Position numbers and translations under genes: made by a program
Assembly: GCA_019057385.1 (NCBI GenBank)
Contig: JAHQJS010000004.1
Location: forward strand, 128,001-192,000
Length of the DNA stretch: 64,000 nt
Direction of reading: 5' to 3'
From: Candidatus Borrarchaeum weybense
GTDB taxonomy: Archaea > Asgardarchaeota > Sifarchaeia > Borrarchaeales > Borrarchaeaceae
In this document: positions 1 to 9,308 of the stretch, one piece after another
How the letters are laid out: each line of letters starts with the position of its first letter
How positions within the stretch are numbered: position 1 is the first letter of the stretch
Notes under the pieces: generated by a model
The model's input: the letters and a program-made list of their open reading frames with translations, nothing else
The model's database searches: none
What the model was told of the DNA's origin: nothing

Positions 1-2
1 AA

Positions 3-239
3 CTCCGAAGTGTTGCTAGGATTGACCTTATTGTTCCTAATCTTGATGACATACTCCTGCTACTTGAGAATTTCCCAGGATTCGGTAAGGACTATTGGGC
101 ATATGTAGAAATCGAGCGATGGCGTGATAATCTTAAGAAAGAGTCTCCTGATAAAATAATAGATGAAGAAATGGCCAAAAATTTGGAATATAATGCTGTC
201 CGTTGGTTAAATGATTTTCGGAGACGCTTAAGAGAATAA
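3..239 (+). CDS. vps28: ESCRT-I Vps28-like protein, C-terminal part (5' truncated by window edge)
   Basis: Manual translation LRSVARIDLIVPNLDDILLLLENFPGFGKDYWAYVEIERWRDNLKKESPDKIIDEEMAKNLEYNAVRWLNDFRRRLRE* resembles the Vps28 C-terminal helical bundle; lies directly upstream of Vps22/36. Confidence 0.7.
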   Translation, partial: LRSVARIDLIVPNLDDILLLLENFPGFGKDYWAYVEIERWRDNLKKESPDKIIDEEMAKNLEYNAVRWLNDFRRRLRE

Positions 240-264
240 TCTTTGTTGTATGAGGTGTCCGAGC

Positions 265-987
265 ATGGGATTACATGATATCGAGAAAAAGTTGAAACTC
301 GAGCGAGATTTTAGGAAGAAAGGCACGGAACTCTTTTTTGCAGATTTGGGTAAGATGCTTACGTCTTTAAAAGAACTCCGAGGCGAACTAAAAAAGTTTG
401 AGAAAAAATATGCCAAGGAACTGAAAACTATACCTTCATACAGAGAGAAAGTTGTACGTATGCGTGAAGAATTAGGATTGCCTTTAGAAATAGGTGTTTA
501 TGAAGAAAAAGGTAAACCTAGATTGTTTGGTAAAGATAAATACTATGATAAACTTGGGCTAGAGGCCCTTGATATTCTTCAAAAACACAAAGAGACTTCT
601 GGAGGCATTATAAGCCTTGCAGAGATAGTTTTGTTGGTAAATAAAGAAACTCCAGGAGTTACTATAAGCCCTGATGATATAAATAAAGCGTTAAAGCGTC
701 TGGAAAAGGCAGATCTCGTAAATATATTTGAACTTAAATCTTCAGATGTAAAAATCGTTGAATTCATTCCAGTGGGCTTGAGCAGCGATCAGAACGAAGT
801 ACTTGAACTGGCTAGTATCAATGGTTGGACAACTCTCGAAGAGGTCATGATGGAAAAAGGATGGTCTAAAGAAAGATCTGAAAGAGTTCTTAAAGCTTTT
901 AAGGACGGCGGAATTGCTCGAATTGATTCAAGTTACGCAAGGGGTACAAGATATTATTTTCCTGGTTTAGGCGGCAGTTCATCATAA
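265..987 (+). CDS. vps22: ESCRT-II Vps22/Vps36 (EAP30) family protein
   Basis: YYDKLGLEAL, GGIISLAEI, ISPDDINKALKRL, LSSDQNEVLELA and C-terminal YYFP match the EAP30 tandem winged helices; GAGGTG RBS favours ATG 265 over 250. Confidence 0.85.
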   Translation: MGLHDIEKKLKLERDFRKKGTELFFADLGKMLTSLKELRGELKKFEKKYAKELKTIPSYREKVVRMREELGLPLEIGVYEEKGKPRLFGKDKYYDKLGLEALDILQKHKETSGGIISLAEIVLLVNKETPGVTISPDDINKALKRLEKADLVNIFELKSSDVKIVEFIPVGLSSDQNEVLELASINGWTTLEEVMMEKGWSKERSERVLKAFKDGGIARIDSSYARGTRYYFPGLGGSSS

Positions 988-1203
988 TTAATTTTACCTT
1001 TTTTTAGTCTGACAGGCTACTATGCCCCTTATTGATGTTTTAAATAATATGGAGTACGATATTCCCTTAATAGGTCCCCTTCAAAATGCACTAATCTAAC
1101 CAACCTAAATGCCTTTAACTATAGTAATAAAAAATGAAAACTATCTGAACACTGATAAAGGCTTCGTTTCTGCTGTATAATCGAGACTACTGCTAAATTT
1201 GCG

Positions 1204-3990
1204 GTGAAAAAAGTGAGCGATATGTTAACTGAGAAGAAATTTCACTTGATGACCGTTGAAGAAACATATAACACTTTAGGATCAAAAGATGATGGTATTA
1301 GCAATAATGAGGCAAAGGTACGTCTCGAAAAATATGGACTGAATGAGATTCAAGAAGCTGAAAAAACAAGTCTCATTAAACTTTTTTTTGCTCAATTCAA
1401 ATCATTTCTTGTTTTGATCTTAGTCGCAGCTGTAGTTATTTCATTTGTTTCTTCAATTTTCTTTGGAGGAGAGATTTTTGAATCTATAGCGATTTTTGTG
1501 ATTGTTTTTGCCAACGCAGTTTTAGGGTTTGTACAAGAATACCGTGCTGAGAAAGCAATTGAAGCATTGAAACAGATTGCAGCACCAGAAGCATTGGTTT
1601 TCCGAAATGGCATCGCGATGCGAATCCCTTCAAGAGAATTAGTTCATGGTGATATTGTTCTTCTTGAAACTGGTAATAAAGTTCCTGCTGATGTACGCTT
1701 AATAGAAGCTATTAATCTCACAATAGAAGAAGCATCACTTACTGGAGAATCTGTTCCTGTTCATAAAATTGTTCAACCTCTTGAAACGGATGTTTTGCTT
1801 GCAGATCGTAAAAATATGGCGTATTCTGGCACTACTGTTGCATACGGACGAGGAAAAGGATTGGTCATTGCTACAGGAATGACTACAGAACTAGGCAAAA
1901 TAGCTCAATTAATTCAAACAGCAGAAGACGAACAAACACCACTACAAAAACGATTAGATGTTGTAGGCAAATGGCTTGGTATTGGCTGTATTATAGCAGC
2001 CGCGATCGTTGCATTGACGGGATTAATTCGTGCACCTGCCATTACGCAACTTTTTCTAGTAGAACTGTTTCTTTGGAGTGTTAGTATAGCTGTAGCTGGA
2101 GTTCCTGAAGCTCTTCCAGCAGTTGTGGTCATAGCACTAACTGTTGGTGTACAGAGAATGGCGAAAAGGAACTCAATTGTAAGGAGATTACCAGTGGTGG
2201 AGACCCTAGGCAGTACGTCCGTTATTTGTACTGATAAAACTGGTACACTTACCAAAAATGAAATGACTGTTTCTAAGTTGTATACTAATTCAAAAATTAT
2301 AGATGTTACTGGTTCTGGCTACTCCCCAAAAGGCGAATTTTTCTTAAAAGGAACAAATATTGATCCGCTAAAAAATTCCGATTTAAAACTCCTCCTTCAA
2401 GTTGGAACTTTGTGTAATGATGCCCATTTACAGATCAATGCTTCAATGAAAGAGAAAAATCCCTCAACTGATGACTTAGAGTTATTTGGAGATCCAACTG
2501 AAGGTTCTTTAATTGTTGCAGCAGCAAAGGCTGGTATTACCCATGAAGAACTAAAAGAAGAAAATCCGAGGATATGGGAGATCCCTTTCACATCAGAAAC
2601 CAAATTCATGGCAACAGTTCATGCAACAAATCATGAAACCCTATTTGTTGGTGTAAAGGGAGCACCTGAGACCATATTGTATCTATGCAAGAACATTCTT
2701 GAGGACGACAAAATTATTCCCTTAACCAATGAAAAAAGGGAAGAAATTAGTAACGTTAATTTAGATATGGGTGCTCAAGCCCTTCGCGTTTTAGGAATGG
2801 CTTATCGCGAAATTCAAGATACCAAAATGGAACTTACTGAGGAGACTGTTTTAAAGGACTTAGTGTTCGTTGGCTTGCAAGGGATGATAGATCCTCCACG
2901 AGAAGAAGTCATTAGAGCTGTGGAGAGAACGAAATCTGCATGTATTCGCACTGTAATGATTACTGGAGACCAAAAACTCACCGCGACAACAATAGCAAAA
3001 GAAATCGGAATTCTTGAAAAAGGGGACTTAGTTCTTACAGGAAAAGAACTTGAACAAATGGATGAAACAGAGTTTAATGAAATCGTCGATAAGGTATCCG
3101 TTTATGCGCGTGTGTCACCTGAAAACAAGAACAAAATTGTCAATGCATGGAGGGAGAAGGGTCATATCACTGCCATGACGGGTGACGGAATTAACGATGC
3201 TCCTGCTCTGAAAAGGGCAGATATTGGCATAGCCATGGGAATTACGGGCACAGATGTAGCTAAAGAAGCTAGTGATATGATTCTCACTGATGACAACTTT
3301 GCTACAATTGTAGCTGCAGTGGAAGAAGGAAGGGGAATTTTCGATAATATAAAAAAATATCTTTCATATCTTTTACGAGGCAATGTTGGCGAAATCCTTC
3401 TACTTTTCATAGCCGCAAGTTTCTTGGCACTTCCAATTCCATTATTGGCGATTCAAATCTTATGGATAAACCTTGTAACAGATGGTTTTCCCGCTGTAGC
3501 CTTAGGCGTCGATCCTAACGAACCTGATATACTTGACCGTCCGCCAAGAGATCCCAATGAAAGTGTGTTTGATACGAGGATACGTCTGTTTGTTGTGGGG
3601 ATGGCGACACTGATGGTAGCTACTACTTTGCCTCTATATTGGTGGATGATTAATACAGGTGCTTCAGTCGAATACGCAAGAACTATGATATTCAGTCTTG
3701 TAGTGGCGTTCGAACTATGGAGTGCCTTTGCAGCTCGCTCTGAAAAATATTCTCTTTTTAAGATTGGACCACTCACGAACAAATGGCTTGTTATTGCAGT
3801 AGTCTCTTCCATTGCTCTACAAATAGTAGTTGTGTACGTTCCATTTCTCCAACCAGTCTTTCACACAGTGCCTTTATCCCTGATGGACTGGGTACTCATC
3901 ATTCTCCTCAGTTCCACCGCACTTATTAGCGTAGAGATCGCAAAATTCCTCAAACCTTATGAACAATTTGTCTGTGAAACTCCACCATAA
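1204..3990 (+). CDS. P-type IIA (Ca2+-transporting, SERCA-like) ATPase
   Basis: TGES, PEAL, DKTGTLT, KGAPE, GDGINDAPAL and WINLVTDG motifs. Confidence 0.95.
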   Translation: MKKVSDMLTEKKFHLMTVEETYNTLGSKDDGISNNEAKVRLEKYGLNEIQEAEKTSLIKLFFAQFKSFLVLILVAAVVISFVSSIFFGGEIFESIAIFVIVFANAVLGFVQEYRAEKAIEALKQIAAPEALVFRNGIAMRIPSRELVHGDIVLLETGNKVPADVRLIEAINLTIEEASLTGESVPVHKIVQPLETDVLLADRKNMAYSGTTVAYGRGKGLVIATGMTTELGKIAQLIQTAEDEQTPLQKRLDVVGKWLGIGCIIAAAIVALTGLIRAPAITQLFLVELFLWSVSIAVAGVPEALPAVVVIALTVGVQRMAKRNSIVRRLPVVETLGSTSVICTDKTGTLTKNEMTVSKLYTNSKIIDVTGSGYSPKGEFFLKGTNIDPLKNSDLKLLLQVGTLCNDAHLQINASMKEKNPSTDDLELFGDPTEGSLIVAAAKAGITHEELKEENPRIWEIPFTSETKFMATVHATNHETLFVGVKGAPETILYLCKNILEDDKIIPLTNEKREEISNVNLDMGAQALRVLGMAYREIQDTKMELTEETVLKDLVFVGLQGMIDPPREEVIRAVERTKSACIRTVMITGDQKLTATTIAKEIGILEKGDLVLTGKELEQMDETEFNEIVDKVSVYARVSPENKNKIVNAWREKGHITAMTGDGINDAPALKRADIGIAMGITGTDVAKEASDMILTDDNFATIVAAVEEGRGIFDNIKKYLSYLLRGNVGEILLLFIAASFLALPIPLLAIQILWINLVTDGFPAVALGVDPNEPDILDRPPRDPNESVFDTRIRLFVVGMATLMVATTLPLYWWMINTGASVEYARTMIFSLVVAFELWSAFAARSEKYSLFKIGPLTNKWLVIAVVSSIALQIVVVYVPFLQPVFHTVPLSLMDWVLIILLSSTALISVEIAKFLKPYEQFVCETPP

Positions 3991-4026
3991 AAAATTAAAT
4001 TAAAAGAACATAGAGTCTTTTACAAT

Positions 4027-5127
4027 TCAATTATACCTTTTCTTAAACAATTTTTTTCTAAAAACAAAGACTAGAGTTCCAAAAAGAACTATTACACCAC
4101 TTACTATCAGAATTGACAGAATTAAATTAGATGACATAGGATCCAGTTCAAGTTTTTCTAAATAGTACTCCATGGTTCGCCCAACTTTACTTAGACTTTC
4201 TCGGTCTACATTTTCTATAGTATCATTTGTTGTATGATGCCATTTGAAGAAATCGTATCCATCCTTACTCCTTTGTTGGATTATATCCACGGCTGGAATT
4301 CCAGCGTTGATGAAGGGGCGATGGTCATCTATTATCGACGATCCTGTCTGGTCTAAAAAATTCTCGCCGTAACCGAGTTCATTTGCCAAATCCCAAATCT
4401 TATTTGTTTGCTGGGAATCAGAAGAGCTTTCTTTGTGCAAATTCAAATTATAATCTCCCACGATATCTAAAATCACCGCTAATTTCATTCGATTTTTATC
4501 TGAATCAGAGAGACTTTTGACAAAATAAGTGCTTCCAATAATCCACCCACTCTGTCCACCTTTCCAACCAGAAATGCCTCCTTGGTCTTCTGCGTCGAAT
4601 AGAACTATCCAAACTTCATATCCTTCCGGGATAGATACGGTTCTTGCCAGTTCTAACAAAACCACAACCCCTGACCCGCCGTCATTTATTCCTGGAACTG
4701 GATCTTTGCGTTTAGTTCTATCGGGATCCTTATCAGCCCACGCTCTGGCATCATAATGTGCTCCTAGAACTATGATTCCCTTGGAATTATCATTTTGGTT
4801 AGATTTTTTGGCGATTAAATTATTGAGTGTGATGCTTGGACCGCTATGTGCCCAACTTTGAATTTCTACACTCCATAACGAATTTTCCAGTGTTTTTTTT
4901 GCATATGCTAGAAAATCTTGGCTGTTTTCACTTCCCGGAAGAAGAGGCGCCAACTGATCATATTTTTTAAGATGCTTAAATGCTACACCTGTATCAAATT
5001 CCAGATCAGGTTGACTTAATGCCTGTAACTGTTGAGTTTGGAAAGGGCAAATGATCGTACAGACTATCAGAAACGCAATACCGAAAGTCTGGAATTTGGA
5101 ATTAAAATACAAAAAACCACCAAACAA
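4027..5127 (-). CDS. M28 peptidase / glutaminyl cyclase family, membrane-anchored
   Basis: GAHYD, GINDGGSG, FDAED, DDHRPF and WHHT motifs; N-terminal signal-like segment and C-terminal TM helix. Confidence 0.85.
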   Translation of the reverse strand: MFGGFLYFNSKFQTFGIAFLIVCTIICPFQTQQLQALSQPDLEFDTGVAFKHLKKYDQLAPLLPGSENSQDFLAYAKKTLENSLWSVEIQSWAHSGPSITLNNLIAKKSNQNDNSKGIIVLGAHYDARAWADKDPDRTKRKDPVPGINDGGSGVVVLLELARTVSIPEGYEVWIVLFDAEDQGGISGWKGGQSGWIIGSTYFVKSLSDSDKNRMKLAVILDIVGDYNLNLHKESSSDSQQTNKIWDLANELGYGENFLDQTGSSIIDDHRPFINAGIPAVDIIQQRSKDGYDFFKWHHTTNDTIENVDRESLSKVGRTMEYYLEKLELDPMSSNLILSILIVSGVIVLFGTLVFVFRKKLFKKRYN

Positions 5128-5233
5128 GCAATTAATAGAATATTTGAAAGATTTTATTATTTGTAGATTTATGAAATCAAAAGCCTTTTTCTTTCAATTT
5201 GCGGGAAACTCTTGATATAACAGATTGCTTCTT

Positions 5234-6019
5234 TCAGAAACTGATTTCAATGGCTTTTTCATCGACCTTTGTTGCATATCCCTTCTTAACCATAATTCTC
5301 ATAATCTCATTGAGTTCCTTAGGTGGGATGGTACTGAATGACTGCTTCGCTCTCACAAGATCAATTAGGGTTATTACCCAGGAATCTTGGGCCCAGGCTT
5401 CTAGTATCCACTCGTAAATGATATCGGACCAAGCTTCCAGACTCTTCCAATATATTCTGAGTCGTGTTTCCTCTTTGCTTATCCACCTAGCGAGATCACG
5501 CGCGATTAAGAATTCCATGATGGATCTTATGTCTTCTTCTGAGAGTCCTCTTTTGATTTCGTCGTTGTAAAAGGGGTACTGATCCGTGAGCTCTAAGATG
5601 CCCACGATATGCTTCGTGAAATACTTAGCCCAGTCCAAAAGAAGGTTTCCCCAGTCTTCCTTCCACGATTCATAATGGTCTTTTTTTGAGTGAGGAGGAC
5701 ATGAAAACATCCATGGATGCGAAATCCATTCATATTTCTTTTGAAAATACTCTTTTGCCTGTGCCTCAGCGTCGTGAGTTTTAGCTTTTTCTAGCTCAAT
5801 TTCTGCGTTTTCAATCTCTTTTTCAAGTATTTCAATCTCTTTATCCACTACAGCAGTTATTGTTTCTTTTGGTTTTTTAACAGTCACTTTTTCTTTGGTC
5901 TTTTTTACTTTTGTCTTTGTCTTAACTCCTGTTTCTTCATGTATTTCTTCTTTCGGAGTTGATTCCTTGTCCTTTGCCGTTTTCTTTTTTTCTTTCTTTT
6001 TCACTGACAACTCTATCAC
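5234..6019 (-). CDS. vps25: ESCRT-II Vps25-like protein with Lys/Glu-rich N-terminal extension
   Basis: PWMFSCPP...WKEDWGNLLLDW, YPF and IYWKSLEAWSDIIYEW are Vps25 signatures; cotranscribed with vps4. Confidence 0.85.
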   Translation of the reverse strand: MIELSVKKKEKKKTAKDKESTPKEEIHEETGVKTKTKVKKTKEKVTVKKPKETITAVVDKEIEILEKEIENAEIELEKAKTHDAEAQAKEYFQKKYEWISHPWMFSCPPHSKKDHYESWKEDWGNLLLDWAKYFTKHIVGILELTDQYPFYNDEIKRGLSEEDIRSIMEFLIARDLARWISKEETRLRIYWKSLEAWSDIIYEWILEAWAQDSWVITLIDLVRAKQSFSTIPPKELNEIMRIMVKKGYATKVDEKAIEISF

Positions 6020-6028
6020 CAGAAGCGC

Positions 6029-7177
6029 CTAATCTGCCCCGAATTCTGCAAACCATTCATCAAATCTTAGTAGTTCACCAGAAGAAACGCTTGGTCTAAT
6101 TTTTTCCATAGCTAAGGTGAAGTCTCCTTTTGCTACATGTCGAACTTGAACACTTGTATCTGTTAAAGCACCAGCAGCATCTAATTCACGGACTGGCATC
6201 ATTATTGCCTCTCGGCATATAAGAGCAATATCTGCACCAGAATAGCCTTCCGAAAGCATAGCTAACTCTTCAAAGTTGACCTCTGGTGCGTGTTCTACAC
6301 CTTTAGTATGTATTTTAAATATTGCTTGGCGTGCTTCCAAATCAGGTAGGGGAACATAAATCCTCTTTTCAAAACGTCTTCGAAAGGCAGCATCTATTTC
6401 CCACGGAATGTTAGTTGCACCTAAAACAACAATCCTATCTTCTGCCTTGCTAGTAACACCATCCATAGCCTGCATGAGTTGTGTTTTGACTCTCCGAAGT
6501 GCATCGTGTTCGCCAGCAGCCCGTTCTGTGGCAATAGAGTCAACCTCATCAATGAATACCAGCGAAGGCATTTTCTCTTTTGCTGCTTCAAACAACTCCC
6601 TCACTAGTTTTTCACTCTCTCCAAGCCACTTGCTTATTATCGCTGCTGCTGAAACATTGAAAAAGGTTGCATCACATTCAGTAGCTACAGCCTTAGCAAT
6701 TAATGTCTTTCCACATCCTGGAGGACCAAAAAGCATAATACCCTTCCACGGTTTTCTAGCTCCCTTAAATAGATCTGGACGGACCATAGGCAGAATAATA
6801 GCTTCTCGTAACGCAGATTTAGCCGCTACTAAACCCGCTACATCATCCCATGCAACATTAGGTTTTTCTCCAACGATCGTCTCTTCGATTGCAGCCTCAA
6901 TTTCGTCCTCTGATTTATCAGCCTCACTGTCTACACTGACTGGTTTCTTAGCAATTTCTTTTAACTCAGTTGCGCGTGCTAAGTATTCTCTTGCTTTTCT
7001 ATAATAGAGGTTCCTCATATCTTTGCTTTGCTCAAGACCAATAAGCTTCTGAAGAACGGTAGCTGCATTTAGATAGTTAGTAATTGCTTCCTTATATCTT
7101 CGTGCCTGATCTAGTTTAAGTGCTTTCTTTGCATAGTTTGATGCTTGTTGGAGCATAGCTTGACTCATATTCGTCAC
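6029..7177 (-). CDS. vps4: Vps4 AAA ATPase (MIT + AAA)
   Basis: N-terminal MIT domain, GPPGCGKT, FIDEVD, SKWLGESEK, RRRFEKRIY. Confidence 0.95.
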   Translation of the reverse strand: MTNMSQAMLQQASNYAKKALKLDQARRYKEAITNYLNAATVLQKLIGLEQSKDMRNLYYRKAREYLARATELKEIAKKPVSVDSEADKSEDEIEAAIEETIVGEKPNVAWDDVAGLVAAKSALREAIILPMVRPDLFKGARKPWKGIMLFGPPGCGKTLIAKAVATECDATFFNVSAAAIISKWLGESEKLVRELFEAAKEKMPSLVFIDEVDSIATERAAGEHDALRRVKTQLMQAMDGVTSKAEDRIVVLGATNIPWEIDAAFRRRFEKRIYVPLPDLEARQAIFKIHTKGVEHAPEVNFEELAMLSEGYSGADIALICREAIMMPVRELDAAGALTDTSVQVRHVAKGDFTLAMEKIRPSVSSGELLRFDEWFAEFGAD

Positions 7178-7335
7178 CTTTCCGAATTAGCAGGGCATTA
7201 TATTTATCTGAATAATGAATGAACAACCATTCTAAAAAAATCTTTTGAAGTACTCTTAGAAGGATTCTTTTGAAATGTTAGAAATCTCAAAAAGTGGTCA
7301 AGTTAAACCGTTAAGGTCTTAACTGTGCTTATTAT

Positions 7336-8541
7336 TCATTTTATCTGGTCATTGAGAAAAACTTTAATAAACTCCTCACCAGTCAACTGCCCAAAACTAC
7401 CTCTGCTACAGGAGTCTTCAGTAAAAGTTTTGATATCGTCAGGTTCTTCATTTTTATCATAAATTAAGAAAGGAACTGGCTCACAGGTATGAGTTCTTAC
7501 ACTTATTGGGTTATAATGATCAGTTAGAACAGTTAATTTAATGTTATCCTTTAATTTCTTTAAAATTCTTCCAACAACCCTTTTATCAAAGTCTTCTATG
7601 CATTTGATTTTTAAATTCAAGTCTCCTTGATGAGATGCTTCGTCGGGTGCCTCAATATGAACGTAAACCAGGTCATAGGTTTCCAAGGCTTTTAGACATT
7701 CCTCTGCTTTTCCTTCGTAATTAGTATCATATAAGCCAGTCGCGCCGTCTACATCTATTACATTAAACCCCGCATAAATGCCTAATCCACGGATTAAATC
7801 AACAGCAGAAATCACAGCTCCTTTAATACCAAATTTTTCTTGAAACGTTTTCATAACGGGCTTTCTCCCAGGTGCCCACGGCCAGATCATATTTGCTGCA
7901 TTTTTGCCAGCGTTTACCCTCCTGATATTTACGGGATGATTCTCCAATACAGATCTTGATTGGATGATAAGGGTATTGAGAAGTTCTGCAGTTTTTTCGC
8001 CGCTGATATCCTTAGCTTTTACAAGTACATCCTTGAAAGGTGTTCCAGGGACATCATGAGGAGGTGTACATATTAAATCAGGGCTGTATTTGTGTTTTAA
8101 GATGAGGATGTGCCTGTAACTAACTCCTGGAAAAAATCTAATTTCCTCATTGCCAAGTTCTTTGGCGACTGCTTCGATTAACTCGTGGCTTTCTTCGCTT
8201 GAGATATGTCCTCCAGAATGGTTTTTAATTGTGTCATTTTCAACACAGATGGTATTACACCTAAAAGCAATATCTCTTTCATCAACGTTGATTCCCATTG
8301 CTGCAGCTTCTAGAACACCTCTTCCTTGAAAATTGCTTATGTCGTACCCCAGTATGGACATATTTGCAAGGGCGCTTTCTGGATCGGCTCCCTCAGGTAT
8401 TGTCACTAATTTACCACATTTCCCCATAGAGGCTAGTTTATCTAGGTTAGGAGTTTTTGCAACTTCTAAAGGTGTTTTATGTCCTAATTCCTCGATTGGA
8501 TAATCCCCCATGCCATCTCCGACAATTATTATATATTTCAT
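7336..8541 (-). CDS. apgM: ApgM-family metalloenzyme (cofactor-independent phosphoglycerate mutase / proposed homoserine kinase)
   Basis: GDGMGD, GRGVLEAA, EAPDEASH and TDH...TH motifs; located beside ask-asd. Confidence 0.8.
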   Translation of the reverse strand: MKYIIIVGDGMGDYPIEELGHKTPLEVAKTPNLDKLASMGKCGKLVTIPEGADPESALANMSILGYDISNFQGRGVLEAAAMGINVDERDIAFRCNTICVENDTIKNHSGGHISSEESHELIEAVAKELGNEEIRFFPGVSYRHILILKHKYSPDLICTPPHDVPGTPFKDVLVKAKDISGEKTAELLNTLIIQSRSVLENHPVNIRRVNAGKNAANMIWPWAPGRKPVMKTFQEKFGIKGAVISAVDLIRGLGIYAGFNVIDVDGATGLYDTNYEGKAEECLKALETYDLVYVHIEAPDEASHQGDLNLKIKCIEDFDKRVVGRILKKLKDNIKLTVLTDHYNPISVRTHTCEPVPFLIYDKNEEPDDIKTFTEDSCSRGSFGQLTGEEFIKVFLNDQIK

Positions 8542-8727
8542 TATATCGCCACGATATAACTGCTTGAAAGGAGCTGTTATGTATTATTTGCATTTTCAGT
8601 TTAAAGCCCTTCATTTTCTAATCCATACAATTCTTAAATATTATTCTCCCGATGAGACTGATGAGAAAAGAATACAAATGATGCATAAGGTATTTAAGAA
8701 TCAATTTTTTAGATGATAGCGATCTAA

Positions 8728-9009
8728 ATGGCACAGATCAAAATAACTTATTTTTCAATGCTTAGAGAAGTGACTGGCAGGCATGAGGAGGGCTTAGAAG
8801 TCGGCAATACTGTTCGTTCTGCTCTTCAAAAACTATTTGAGAAATATGGCGAAAGGTTGCGTAAAATTATAATCAAGGAGCAAGATATTCCTCATGATTC
8901 AGTAATAATCGCTTTAAACGGCAAATCGATCAAATATCTAAAAGGGCTTGATACGATATTGAATGATGGGGACAAATTGACATTCTTCTTTGCAGCTGGA
9001 GGCGGGTGA
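8728..9009 (+). CDS. MoaD/ThiS/SAMP ubiquitin-like protein
   Basis: 93-aa beta-grasp pattern (YFSMLRE, LNG, GLDTILNDGD) with C-terminal GG. Confidence 0.9.
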   Translation: MAQIKITYFSMLREVTGRHEEGLEVGNTVRSALQKLFEKYGERLRKIIIKEQDIPHDSVIIALNGKSIKYLKGLDTILNDGDKLTFFFAAGGG

Positions 9010-9124
9010 AATAAAATGGAGTCGGTCGTATTAGAAAAGTAAAAGTCAGCTAAGCAATTGCTTTACAAAAAGTTTAAAAGACTAAATCTACCACCGGGTA
9101 CCATCAGTTTCTGGGGCAAAATAC

Positions 9125-9211
9125 ATGATGATCTTAATGCAATCCACTTTCCTTACTAGTTCTTATCATGCTTTCTATAACTTCTTCCCAGGAACAACGA
9201 CGACGTACTAA
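9125..9211 (+). CDS. Putative leader peptide of ask-asd (MMILMQSTFLTSSYHAFYNFFPGTTTTY)
   Basis: 28-codon uORF with a run ACA ACG ACG ACG before the stop, followed by a hairpin and GGAGG-U5. Confidence 0.6.
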   Translation: MMILMQSTFLTSSYHAFYNFFPGTTTTY

Positions 9212-9308
9212 CGCACCCATCTTGTTTTGATGTGGCGTGTTGGAGGTTTTTGATGTCTATCTCTTATCAAAAATTATATCTATCAAAAAATAGAGGCTGA
9301 GGCAAATT

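Noticed and set aside
6408-7004. 198-aa ORF antisense to vps4 and similar shadow ORFs across the window
   Set aside because: Fully overlap well-supported genes on the opposite strand and have no motifs
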